64,000 bases of DNA from Neophaeotheca triangularis (lineage: Eukaryota): positions 186,001 to 250,000 of the forward strand of contig BAAIJX010000007.1 of assembly GCA_054600435.1 (NCBI GenBank), written 5' to 3'. The notes beneath the pieces are model-generated. The model searched no databases. It had not been told where the DNA came from and saw only the letters and a program-made list of their open reading frames with translations. Below, in pieces: positions 50,809 through 62,156 of this stretch (positions are counted from its first letter, which is position 1; every line of letters starts with the position of its first letter). The translations under genes were made by a program, and so were the position numbers.

Positions 50809-53800
50809 CTAACCATTGCTGCCACTTTCCTCCTCTTCTCCCGAGGCTTCCGACTCGGACTCGGACCCGGACTCAGAATCAGACGACTCCTCATCTGGCA
50901 TTACAACGGAGTTCAGGTAGGTAATCTAGAGAGGACTCCGTTAGTTTGCTGTACATCTCGACTCTGACTCTGCACATTCCCCATTACTGACGAAGGAGGC
51001 GTCTGTGATGAGTCTAGCTCACATGGCAAATCCCGTGTGTAGCTCACCGCCGTTTTTTATTCATGAGAATGAGGGGATAAGACAACGAATGCTGTGACAT
51101 GGCACTCACAAATGGTTTCAAGCACGCGAACAGTTCGGCGACGCGGTCGATACCTTCGCGCCCGGTCACTTCATCGTCGCTAAGCTTCCTGCCAACAGTA
51201 TAGTTCTTCAGACGCAAAAGCTCAATGTCTTTGTGATCTGCATCGTAACCCTGCCATGCGCGAATGGTCAGTTCAAGTGCGCGTTGACACGAATAGCAGA
51301 AGTGAGGGTGAGCATGAGACAAAGCCCGACTCGTGACGTTTTGGCCTACAACAGCTTCGGCCAACCACACACGAGAAGCGGTTCACTTTTTCAACGCGAT
51401 GCCGGTCAAGGTAGGGCAGGCCTTGTCGGGTTTGCGACGAAAGGGGATGGGTAGCCAAAATATTGCCAGTAGTCGAGATTAGAGTTTTGGGCCAGCAGTT
51501 CCGTACCAGACTTCAACATCCGTCAAAAGCCTCGGGAAGTCGTCACGGATGTGCCTCCCAGAGAGCCTTCGATTAAACCCCGGACGCGGCACGATGGTTT
51601 TGCGACCTTCTTCGTGTTGATGATGTGCACTTTTGTTGCCAGTCGAGGGTGGACTTCGAAGTCTTTGGGCCGCAATTTAAGTCCAAAAGCGGTTACAATA
51701 GTCGACTGATAAAGGGCCTCGTAAATCGAGCACATTGATCCTTGACAACGGCGGTCCGGGCAGTCGGAGGAAAGAGCTCGTGGTTCATCAGGCGTCTCAT
51801 CTCCCAAGCTCGCTTCCCTGCCGCCCCCTGCGCTGTGATAGCTTTTGGTGGGTGACGCATGCTTGCACGCGAGGCTGCATCATTCTGCACCTCTGCAGCT
51901 CGTGCGATGCATCCTATGACTAGTCGTCACGTCCATGCGATGCATCGAACTTCGTGCAAGTAATGTCGCCTCCGCAGGGCACGGACTATTGGAACGGCAG
52001 CGCCTTTGGAGCGATCGATTCAACAACCCAGCCCATTGGGATTTATGAAGTCGGCGGGCGCGCAAACTCCCATCACCAGCAACAGGCTGAAGCGGTGTAA
52101 ATGGAGGTAGTAAGACGTGAATGAAATCACAAGCTGCTTACCTTTGGTTTCGTCCGCAAGGCGTTCTCCGAGTTCGACTTGAAGAATGCCTTCACCACTT
52201 TTTCATCGGATTTTGGAGCACCAGCAAGGAACTCTTTCCGTACTCCATCACCCATAAGCACACCCTTGATCCTCTGCGGTCGACGATGGATATCGCGGCG
52301 CATCGCTGCGGTGGGCGACGCCTCTGGATGCCATAGCCCTCCGCCTGGAATGGAAGGGTCAGCAAAAGCTTGGGAGCAGTTTCTACTCTTCAGAGCCCAA
52401 GAAAGAGAAAAGACAGTCAGAGGGATAAAGCTGTACAACATGGGCGATGGATCTCTGAGTATCTCGGTTCGTGTCGGGGAACATCGTAGGTCAGCGGAGA
52501 ATGCAGTTCGTCGCGTCCACTCGTTTGCGGTGCGGTCTGCCCATGCCCGACCATATGCGCAACCTGCCTGTTCCAGATCTGAGCCATCCCAGGAAGGGAC
52601 CTTAGATCTTGAAGGATACCAGGTACATGTCTCCAGTGTCGCTTTTGTAGGTTATTTGGTTCATCCCGCCTGTCCCAGGATGTGGATATTTAGACGCTGT
52701 AAACGTCCAAAGCATGCACGTCCGTCACAGACGTTGACAGCGCTGAAAAGATAATCTTCCTCGTCCGTGTCACCGCTGTTTCATTCAGGTCCAACTTCTC
52801 AAGTCAGCCGCTCCTGTGACAGCGTCTACTCTGGCTCTCAGACTGAAAAGCCCGCGTCCCTCTTGGGCTTGCATTCTGCAGTCTCTGCGTCTTGGACCAC
52901 GTAACCATGGCACTTTTGGGTAGACGTGGAAGTTGTGTTCTGCGATTCCCGCGGTGGCTGCGAAACTTCAGAAATGTAGTCACGCTGAAGAACTGCCTCT
53001 ATCCCTTGATAGGCCTACGTCTCCGAGCGCTCGCCGAGCAATTGCCTTACGCTCGAGGATGCATAGGTAGGGGAGCTTTGAATGACGAATCTATAAACGG
53101 AAGAGGGCACTGAAAAGTGCTGAATCTCTTGGACGAGATATAACTTACCGACGAAGCTCTGGTTTCCAGGGGCGATTTGGACGTAGTAGTGCGCATAGGG
53201 ACCTTTGCGTCCAGTTCGAGACCTGCAGTCGTCAGTCATAGCGTTCATCCAGGAATACACCCACAAAGGCCCCCTAGAAGATTGCACTTCAAATATACTT
53301 ACCACGCAGCTGAGAAATGAGGCTTGTACGGGGTGGGATCCGAGGAGAAGCGTACATCGCGATATATGCGGAAGATCTACTTCGGTGAGCTTATGAATGC
53401 TGAATGTGTGTCGTGTTTCCAGAGACGTACGACATCTTTGTACGGGAGTTCTGGGATCGTATCGTCAATGGCGGTCAGTCTGCTGGTGAGCTCTTCTACG
53501 AACGAGTGCCAATCGCGTTCGCTTTGACGGAAGTCTGGATCGTGCACTACTCATCGTTAGCACGCATTCAGCCAATGCTTTATTCCATCGTCGACGCGTT
53601 GATGAGGGACATCAAGCGGTCACGAGTGATCACTGATTACAGCTCAGGGATCGGCTTTCTGGAGCTATTCATGATAGTTGGTTTTCCAGCCGATCTCACG
53701 GCTGCGCAGCATCCAAGCTCGAGGCTGAGAAGAACTTGCTGCCATGCACAAGGCTCATGGTTCACTTCGAGGCCTTACAGCTATAGTAGGGAAGATTCAC

Positions 53801-54362
53801 TGCATTGCGTCTGAACGACTAGCCAGTAAAGCGCGAAGAGCAGGGAATTGAGAGAACGACCAAGAAACTTACTTTTTAGCCATTCCCTGTCGTTGTTCGC
53901 CTTGAGATCCTTCAGAAAGAGTAGCGTGTTTGGGTGGATCGTCTCGTTGCTATACGGGGTCTTCCCTGGCTTCCTGGCCTGCGGCTTCTTGATGATTACT
54001 TGCTTGCCAGGCCCAAGCCCAGCCTTCACACCCTGCCGCCACAGCTCGTTGCCTTTTCGCTGTGAAGACTTCTGGGGTCGTTCATCGTTGTCGTAGTCAT
54101 CGTCTTCGGCTTCCTCGGAGCTTGACGCATTGCCGTCTTCATCGTCAAAGTCAGAAGCTTCGTCATTGGGTGTATCTGAAGACATGGGCTCGGCATCCGA
54201 GTCATCGCCACCGTGCTTGAAATATTGGCTTTTGGTAGGTGTCACTTTTTGACCTTTGACTTTTTTTCCTTCGGTACCTTCGAGCGTGGTCGACGAAGCT
54301 GTACGCTTGTGGCCTGAGGTCGCCGCTGATATGCTCGAAAGCCTTTCCGATTTGCGTGCCAT
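50809..54362 (-). CDS. DUF2461-family protein; exons 54362-53873, 53546-53431, 53376-53303, 53222-53149, 52344-52142, 51250-51110, 50925-50809
   Basis: Six GT-AG introns join phase-consistently: FLKDLKANNDREWLK-MHDPDF...-IFRIYRDVRFSSDPTPYKPHFSAAW-SRTGRKGPYAHYY...SFVG-GGLWHPE...LRTKPK-GYDADHKDIELLRLK...PF-ITYLNSVVMPD. Confidence 0.88.
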
Positions 54363-54736
54363 TGTGGTTTTCAACGTCGCCGCTCGTGGAGTGACAACTT
54401 GGCGCAACCGAAAGATCTCGTGATCTTGGCTGTGCTCTGCGACTCAAGTGGTAATTGTCCCTTCAGTGTTATCGCCCACTTTGTGTTTCTGCGTTATTAC
54501 CTCACCGGTAACATATCATTCCAGCAGCTAGGTAGGTCCACGGGTGTTTCGGGTCTACGAGTAAGCGAGCTGTTGATCGCATTGTTAGGCGTAGCGCTTG
54601 CCGTCCAGCCGCGCGCTAATCGCGGCTATCTCGACCTCACTCCAAAGCTCTGTGATACGACCAACTGCATCGAGGTAGCAGCTGATCATGGTCTCACCGA
54701 TACTCGGACCATAACACGGCCGGTCCGCAACCGCAA

Positions 54737-55755
54737 ATGTCTTCAAATTTTGCTGCCAAGAAGCAAAAGATTCTTCATCAGCTCGAAGTCCCGGATAAAG
54801 AATACGCGGATCTTTCGCCCAAAGGCTCAATTGACTCGGGCATTCGACAGCTCGTGGACGAAATCAATGCTCTCGATGGCTTTGTAACCACTTCAAGCTG
54901 CGCCGGACGCATCGCTGTCTATTCTGAAGGTCGACAAAAGCTTGACGAAGTCGAGCCGGTCTCTCAAGAGGAGCTCGAAGTTCCAGAGCGGGGTTCTGAT
55001 GGCACTTCTACTGGTGGTGGTAAAGGCGGCGGCAAGTGGCTTTACGTCTCGCACGAGCGGGTGAACCAACTAGACGGCATGAGCGATGCACAACTATCGG
55101 CTATGCTCGGTCTGGGTTCTACTGATGGTCTCCCTTTGGATGTCTCAGCTGCTACAGCTCGCTGTCCAGTCCGCTTCAAGTTCGAGCCTTTTGTAAGTAA
55201 AGTCAACCTTGGTTGCAGCGCAGCTACGGGGCGTCACAATGCACGATGAGATGTTCAGTCGAAAGAACAATTTCGTCCAGCACAACGCAAGATGTTTACT
55301 GACTCTGATAGATATTACACATCCTGACTTCCTCGTTGAGAAATGCCCAGCATGCACTCTCCGCCGCCATGAGCGCAGGATTTCGAGAGAGTGGCATAAG
55401 CGGCGTTGTCGCTTCCGCCGATGGAACGCCTACCCCTATGGTAGCCGTGCGTACTACTGGTCTAGCCTTCGATTCAATTGTCGCGAATGCAGACAACCTC
55501 GACAATCCGAAGCTGCTCGTCTCGCAACGTTATCTAAGGATCTTACTGGAGGTTGCGAATCAACGCTTTGCCATGAATAAGCAGCGCATCGAGAGGTTTC
55601 GGGAAGCCTTGCTGCCGCGGGCTCCAGATCCTGATTGGGAACCGTCTCATCTCCGAAAAGAACGCAAGCGTCAAGAAGGTCTCAAGCGTCAAGCAGAAAT
55701 GCGAGATCGCAAGGACGGCAAGCCTGCTGAAGTCGAACTGGATAGCCTCCCTTGA
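54737..55755 (+). CDS. TYW3: tRNA wybutosine-synthesizing methyltransferase; exons 54737-55192, 55312-55755
   Basis: DLSPKGSID, VTTSSCAGRI, WLYVSH, KFEPF-ILH, GFRESG, MVAVRT; intron 55193-55311. Confidence 0.93.
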
Positions 55756-56154
55756 GTGGTTGCGTCTGATGTACGCCTATTTTGCAATGGGTGATAACAC
55801 AGCCAGACCATGACTCGAACAGGGCCGTGACGAGCGAATGGCATGGAATCTTGCGAAGTGGGATTCCACGCTTTCCGGCACCTACATTGATAACGAAGGT
55901 GACTGTTCAGGCGTACCACGCTAACTCGTCGCCGCTTATCGCACGTCCACAGCAAAATTGGGAGTTTCGCGACGTGCACTCTTGCGCGGCATGTAGCCAC
56001 AGGCTGCTCGAAGATAGTCAACGTTGTACAAGTTATAAAATACACACGTACTTCGACGCCATTGGTATGCACACAAGCCAGCAATTCAAGGCAAGACATC
56101 CACGCTAAATGCGTTCAGTATCACAAAGAGGAGAGTCCAGGACAGTTGCTTCCA

Positions 56155-58029
56155 CTAGTCCTTCTTGCCACCTCCAAACCACGAGAACGCACCACTCTTC
56201 ATCTCCTTCATCTGAGCGTCCATCATCTTCTTCTGCTCCTCCTCTTCCTCCTTTAGCCACTGCGCGCCGTTCTCCCTGATTTGCTTCTCCAAGAACTCGT
56301 ATTGTTTCTGACCCTGCTCGCGGATTTGGTCACTCAACATCTTTCCTTGCGCAAGCCCCTCAGCTACACTCTGACCGTCGGCGAGAACCATACCTCCACC
56401 CATACCAGGCGTTGGCTTGATTCCCAAGCTGCTACCAAACACGGATCCGAGGGAGCGCTTGGGTGCTTTGGAACGCTCGGCAGCCAGCTGCTCGTTGAAT
56501 TTTTTGCGGGCTTCGCCCTCACGGCGGGCAAACTCTTGCGGGATATCCTGACCCTCGAAGCTCTTCACGACGTTACGAACGTCATCCGTGCCCATAGTCG
56601 CGACGTATTCGAGGAAGGGAATCAAACCGACCAAGTCTTTCGTGTGGGGATCCTTGGGATCGCCGCTCCACTTGGGAAGAATGATGGCGTTCTCGGGTTG
56701 GTTCTTAACGTGCGGTGCGTGAGTGTCGACAATCAGAGTCTTACTCAGGGGTCGGTTGAGGTATTCCAGATCCTTAATGTATTCGCCCTGTTCATACTTG
56801 GTAGCTTCGCGACCTAGCGGCCACATGATGAAGTGGAAGGGGTCAAGTTTCTTGATGACCGGATCCGCAATGCTGACTGGCACGCTTGTGAATAGGACAA
56901 GCTCGTAGTACTGGGAAAGGTAGCGTATGAAGTAGTCAATGCCTGGGCGCTTGGAAACACGCCATCCGTGCTCGCGGTCCCAAGATGAGTGAATCATGAG
57001 ATCTTCCAAGCTGAGCACCAAGGTGAAAGGAGGACGTTGCCCTTCAGGCACCTCGGGCAAGAGTTTGGGGAACGTAGGCTCCGTGTAGTAGCCTAATTGG
57101 TTGCCCATACGCGCGCGCATGCGTGTGTACATGCTGCTTGGAGACCAGCTGGCGGCATCCTCTGGCGGCATTCCTGAGGGAACCTCCTCCTTGCTGCCAA
57201 AAGGACGGCCTAGGTAGGCGGCCCCGAGGACTGACGCTCCGAAAATGCTGAGATAGAGATAGTAGAAATTGGCCGCCCTTCGTTTGTCCATAGAGGTCTG
57301 ATAACGCTCGCTATCGTATTCACGCTCTCGCCCCTCCTTTTGGCCTTCCTCTTCAGGTGTCCGCTCGACGTCAAAGCGATCTGTTTGCGCCTGTTCTTCT
57401 TGCCCTGCACCGGCCTTGCCCTGCTTTCCAGACATGTATTCTGCCATGAACGTGGAAGGAATGCCCTGGCGCAAGTCCGGTAGCGGTTGTGGTTTGCCCT
57501 CCGGCTCGACGGGGGGCTCTGGCGGGGGCGGCGTGTTCTCTGCCCTCGCTTGTGCGTTCTGCGTGGTATCTCTTATGCCTCCCGGCACGGGCTCGTCAGC
57601 GTCCTTCTGCTGAGCCACAGGCTCCTGCGGCTTCAAATCTTCTTCCAAGGGCGATGATGGCCTCGCTGTCGAGTCCTCTGGCCGGGATCCCTCGATTGGG
57701 CTTGCAGGGGTCTCTGATGCTGCGCCCGCTCCGGTAGGCGTCGCCGCCGCAGGGCCCCCGAAATTGATACCATCTTTGGGTTGCCATGTTTGGTCTTTCG
57801 GAAAGCTCGTCCCGGGAGATGTTTGCCTTGCGGATCCGGGTTTCGGAGGGGTTGGAGCTCGAGGAGCAGCTGGTCTCGACTTGTGTGGAGGCGGCGGAGG
57901 CGGTCTTTTCGGTCTGCCGTCGCTCGCGTATGCCCTCGTTCCCAATGACGTGCTGGTTATAGAAGATCGAATTCCTGATGATTGCCCCCGGGAAGGCCTG
58001 ACAGCCCGGAGAGCTGCTCGCGGGAGCAT
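56155..58029 (-). CDS. TIM50: Mitochondrial inner-membrane translocase subunit Tim50
   Basis: Presequence, single TM, and FCP1-like domain (TLVLSLEDL, WDREHGWR, KRPGIDYF, IKDLEYLNR, QPENAI). Confidence 0.96.
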   Translation of the reverse strand: MLPRAALRAVRPSRGQSSGIRSSITSTSLGTRAYASDGRPKRPPPPPPHKSRPAAPRAPTPPKPGSARQTSPGTSFPKDQTWQPKDGINFGGPAAATPTGAGAASETPASPIEGSRPEDSTARPSSPLEEDLKPQEPVAQQKDADEPVPGGIRDTTQNAQARAENTPPPPEPPVEPEGKPQPLPDLRQGIPSTFMAEYMSGKQGKAGAGQEEQAQTDRFDVERTPEEEGQKEGREREYDSERYQTSMDKRRAANFYYLYLSIFGASVLGAAYLGRPFGSKEEVPSGMPPEDAASWSPSSMYTRMRARMGNQLGYYTEPTFPKLLPEVPEGQRPPFTLVLSLEDLMIHSSWDREHGWRVSKRPGIDYFIRYLSQYYELVLFTSVPVSIADPVIKKLDPFHFIMWPLGREATKYEQGEYIKDLEYLNRPLSKTLIVDTHAPHVKNQPENAIILPKWSGDPKDPHTKDLVGLIPFLEYVATMGTDDVRNVVKSFEGQDIPQEFARREGEARKKFNEQLAAERSKAPKRSLGSVFGSSLGIKPTPGMGGGMVLADGQSVAEGLAQGKMLSDQIREQGQKQYEFLEKQIRENGAQWLKEEEEEQKKMMDAQMKEMKSGAFSWFGGGKKD

Positions 58030-58498
58030 CTTGTGTAGCTCTCCACGTGCAGGTCTACGTCGCTTCTTATCGGTTTCTCATCCAACTCGCACGAGCGAAT
58101 ATAGGGGTAAGCCAGAGTGTAATTTGCCTAAGTTGGTTCTTTGTTGGACTTGCGAGAAATGTTATCGTCTTGAAGCGCATCAAATGTCAAATGTTTCTCC
58201 TCCGCCCTCTCAGCGGAGAGCTCATCACTGGCGGTCTTGGCACCCCCGAAGCCGACCTCGAGGCCACCTCTGCTACTCTACTACCACTCACGTACCCACT
58301 AGGTACCTGGACGGTAGATACATCCAAGGCTGACTGTTCACATCAACCCGTTTGTGTATCCCGACGCAGATCTTTTGCTGTAAGAGGGGCATCAGATGGA
58401 TAGCGAACAAACGCAGAACTCTCATCCACGCTCCCTTGGCTGATGTTCAACTTGCTAATCGGAACCTCACGTTCGATGACCCCACCGGATGCTACTCG

Positions 58499-61400
58499 AT
58501 GCAAATGATCGCATGGCTCGATGCACCGGCCTCCAAATTGCGACTATGGCCCCTGCTAATCTATTTAACGTTGTCGGCGTTATGGGCGACTGGCGCGTAT
58601 TGCATGACAGATGACGAGATCGGCGTGTTGAGGTGCGTATGCGCCGCGCGATAGGGATACGCTGGCATAGAAACGTGAGACTGGGTCGCTGACTTGGTTC
58701 AAGGCAAGACACTCGTAATCTCTTTTACCATGGCTATAGCAACTATCTAGCCCATGCCTTTCCGGAAGACGAACTCAAACCACTGTCGTGTAAGCCACAG
58801 ACTCGCAACTACGAGAATCCAGCAGACATAGGCCTCAACGATGTCCTTGGGAACTATAGCCTTACGCTAATCGACTCACTGTCGACCTTGGCAATACTCG
58901 CATCTGGTGAAGACGAGGTAGGAGGTCGGGATGCTCTGCAAGATTTCCAAGACGGTGTTGCTAGCCTGGTGGAGCTGTACGGGGACGGAAATAAAGGCTC
59001 GTGCGGAAGCAGGTCATGCGCATTTAATCTTGACAGCAAGGTCCAGGTGTTCGAAACCAATATAAGGGGTGTGGGAGGTCTCCTATCCGCCCATTTGTTC
59101 GCTACTGGCGAGCTTCCAATTCGAGGATACAAACCGCAGTGGACTGAAGACCACGAAGGCACTCTGGTCATTGCCTGGAATGGTTTCACGTACGACGGAC
59201 AACTGCTTCGTCTCGCGTACGATTTAGCATCGCGGCTGCTGCCCGCATTCAGCACTGCGAGCGGAATGCCATACCCAAGGGTCAACCTACGACATGGCAT
59301 ACCTTTCTACCAGGATGCTGAAGAGGGAGTTTGCCGTCTTGACGGTAAGAGCAAAGATCCCAGAGAGATCACGGAAACTTGTGCAGCCGGAGCTGGAAGT
59401 CTAGTCCTCGAGTTCACTACGTTGAGCCGCTTGTCCGGAGACAACAGGTTCGAGAGACTTGCAAAACAGGCATTCTGGTCTGTTTGGCGGCGGCGCTCCA
59501 GTATCGGGCTCCTCGGTAACGGCATAGATGCTGAATCTGGCCAGTGGACAATGCCGCCTTTGTCGGGCATAGGCGCAGGCATAGACAGCTTCTTCGAATA
59601 CGCGCTGAAGTCTCATATTTTGCTATCGAACTTGCCTTATGATACGGACAATGACGCAACAGAGTCGCCGGAAGCCTACCTGCGAACATGGCAACAGGCG
59701 CATGCAGCCGTGAGGCGCCATGTCTATCGCTCACCTCGCGCAGAGGTACACCCTTTCTATGGTCAAGCGGATTTGAATTCAGGTGCACCGCGCTACAGCT
59801 GGATAGACAACCTCAGTGCGTACTATCCTGGGCTGTTAGCATTGGCCGGCGAATTGGATGAGGCCATCGAGTCTCACCTCCTGTTCTCGGCTCTATGGAC
59901 TCGGTACGGAGCTTTGCCCGAACGCTGGCACGCTTCCAATGCTTACATTGATCCCAATTTTCGGCATTGGGCCGGGCGCCCAGAGTTTATCGAAAGCACT
60001 TGGTATTTGTACCGTTCAACCAGAGACCCCTGGTACCTCCATGTGGGCGAGATGACTCTACGAGACATTCGGCGCAGATGCTGGACGAAGTGCGGCTGGA
60101 CTGACCTCTCCGATGTAATTAGCGGCGAAAAGCGCGATCGCATGGAGAGCTTCTTCCTAGGGGAAACAGCAAAATACCTCTTCTTGCTGTTCTCGGACGA
60201 TCATCCATTGAACCAGCTAGACGCATCATTCGTTTTTAGTACGGAAGGCCACCCTCTCATCGTACCCGAGTCGTCTAAAGAGATGCCTGGAATGAACAAA
60301 AGGCCAAGAACGAGACCACAGCCAGCATCAACAGCAACGTGCCCAAGACCACCTTCACCATTGCCGCTGACAGTCTCCAACATTGCTAATCGTGCAGACC
60401 TGTTCCATGCTGCAGCTTTGGCGCAGCTTCATTTGGTGCCTGTGAACCCTGTCAGGTCCTCATACCTGCTTCAAAACCTGCCCGATCGCCCTGGTGTATC
60501 AATGCAAGACGTTCAGAGCCCCACCAATTACACCTTCTACCCATGGACACTGCCTCTTTCGTTGACACCAGTTAAAGGAACCAGCTCGCCAATTACAAAC
60601 CACCTTGTAAGCACACTATCTTTCCCAAACTTCGATGCCAACAATCCTGCGACGGAAAGAGGTTTGCTTCCAATGGGCGCGCTACAAAAAGCCTTGGACG
60701 GTATTATAATCAACAGTCTGTCCAATCTCAAGCTCAGCTTGGTCCAAGAACCCAAGTCCCTTTTGCTCCCTGACGGTGCTGGGATAATGGTAGAAGAAGA
60801 GATAGGGCAGCAGTTCAGAGTGCATGGCATTGCGAACTGGGCATTGGGGCGAGACGAGAAGGTATTGTTGAGCCAGGACGCTCTGCACGGAGTACATCCG
60901 AATGATCCACATTTTACCCGGGTTAAGGACTTGGAAATGTGTGACCTGGTCATTGACATAACGCCTCTCAACGACGAGCATTCGCATTCTGAAGCCCCAG
61001 AAAACATCGACGAGGTGTTTGACCCAATCCTGGATCAAGTTCCTGATGCAGCTGCTTTTGGAGGGGCCAGTGGGAATGGCACAGTCACCTCAAAGAACAC
61101 ACTGGCCCGATTCATGATCCCAGCTATACTACCGACTGGACCTGGCGCAGCGCCTCTGCCAGCGTCAATGGATGCTTCTGATCCAACTATGCTACCGCTG
61201 GGCTCTCTACCGTACAGAGCCATCTATTACCTCGACTCGACGCTCTGTGATCAGAGGCTACCAGCGCATATCTCGAAACGCTACCAGATACTTGTAATTA
61301 CACGCGGCGAGTGCAGCTTCAACGACAAGTTAGCCAACATACCGGCTTTTGCACCTGACGAGACTAGCCTTCAGCTGGTTGTGGTCGTGAGCTCGACGCC

Positions 61401-61734
61401 GGCGTCCGGGAAAAAAGCCAATGGAAACTCCCTACCAGACATGTCCTCCGAGCTCATCAGGCCACTGCTTGATGAGAAACAACGTACAGCCAGCGGTTTC
61501 GATCGTAGGCATCCTATTGCTATGGTGATGATCGACGCTGGCGACCTTGGTGCAGGGCGCGCTGACGAAGGTCTCAAAGCGGCAGCGAGTGCACTCGCGA
61601 CGTTTGATGAGAAAGGCAATCTGGTTGAAGAGCCGCGAGGGGATAGAGCCAGTCGCATGCAGGGCATTGGTGTCAGGAGGCGGTATTGGTTCGAGAGCAT
61701 GGGTGTGCCGATTGCCAACCTGATCTTACTGTAG
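58499..61734 (+). CDS. MNL1: GH47 EDEM/Htm1-like alpha-1,2-mannosidase with C-terminal PA-like domain; exons 58499-58632, 58704-61734
   Basis: Signal anchor; FYHGYSNY...AFPEDELKP, LIDSLSTL, VFETNIR, GAGIDSFFEY, RPEFIES, RMESFFLGET, FSTEGHP; RGECSF PA motif; intron 58633-58703. Confidence 0.92.
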
Positions 61735-62156
61735 TGTGGCTTAGTTGCTTCAATGAGAACCCATCCATGATAGTACAGCAACATTGCGACGAAACATAGA
61801 TCAAGATAGGGTAAAGAAATCATGACCATTGTGCTCTTCCAGCAATTGCAGGCGAAGGAAGCTGATAGAAACGGCGAAAAAGGCAGGACTAGGCGGAAGC
61901 ACGTCCTCGTCATGATCGTCCTAAGCAGGTCGAATCAATCCAAGCAACATCCTTGGAAGCGAAGCCTCATGACTGCTCCCGGCAGGATTATAGTAGTCGA
62001 GATCGCCAAACCTGATTCGGACCAATTTGAGAGATTTACTAGACCTTTCCACAATGTCCGTTCGCAAAATTACATATTACTAGAAGCCCCAAGGGGCCGT
62101 TCTGGTTAGAGTTTCCTTACATGTTGCGCCCAAGTATACAGCTCTTGTCGAATGAG

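Noticed and set aside
50926..53872. TPP riboswitch or C/D and H/ACA snoRNAs inside the long introns
   Set aside because: No CTGAGA plus GAACCTGAT-type TPP core on the sense strand; isolated TGATGA/ACA boxes lack convincing partner boxes or terminal stems.
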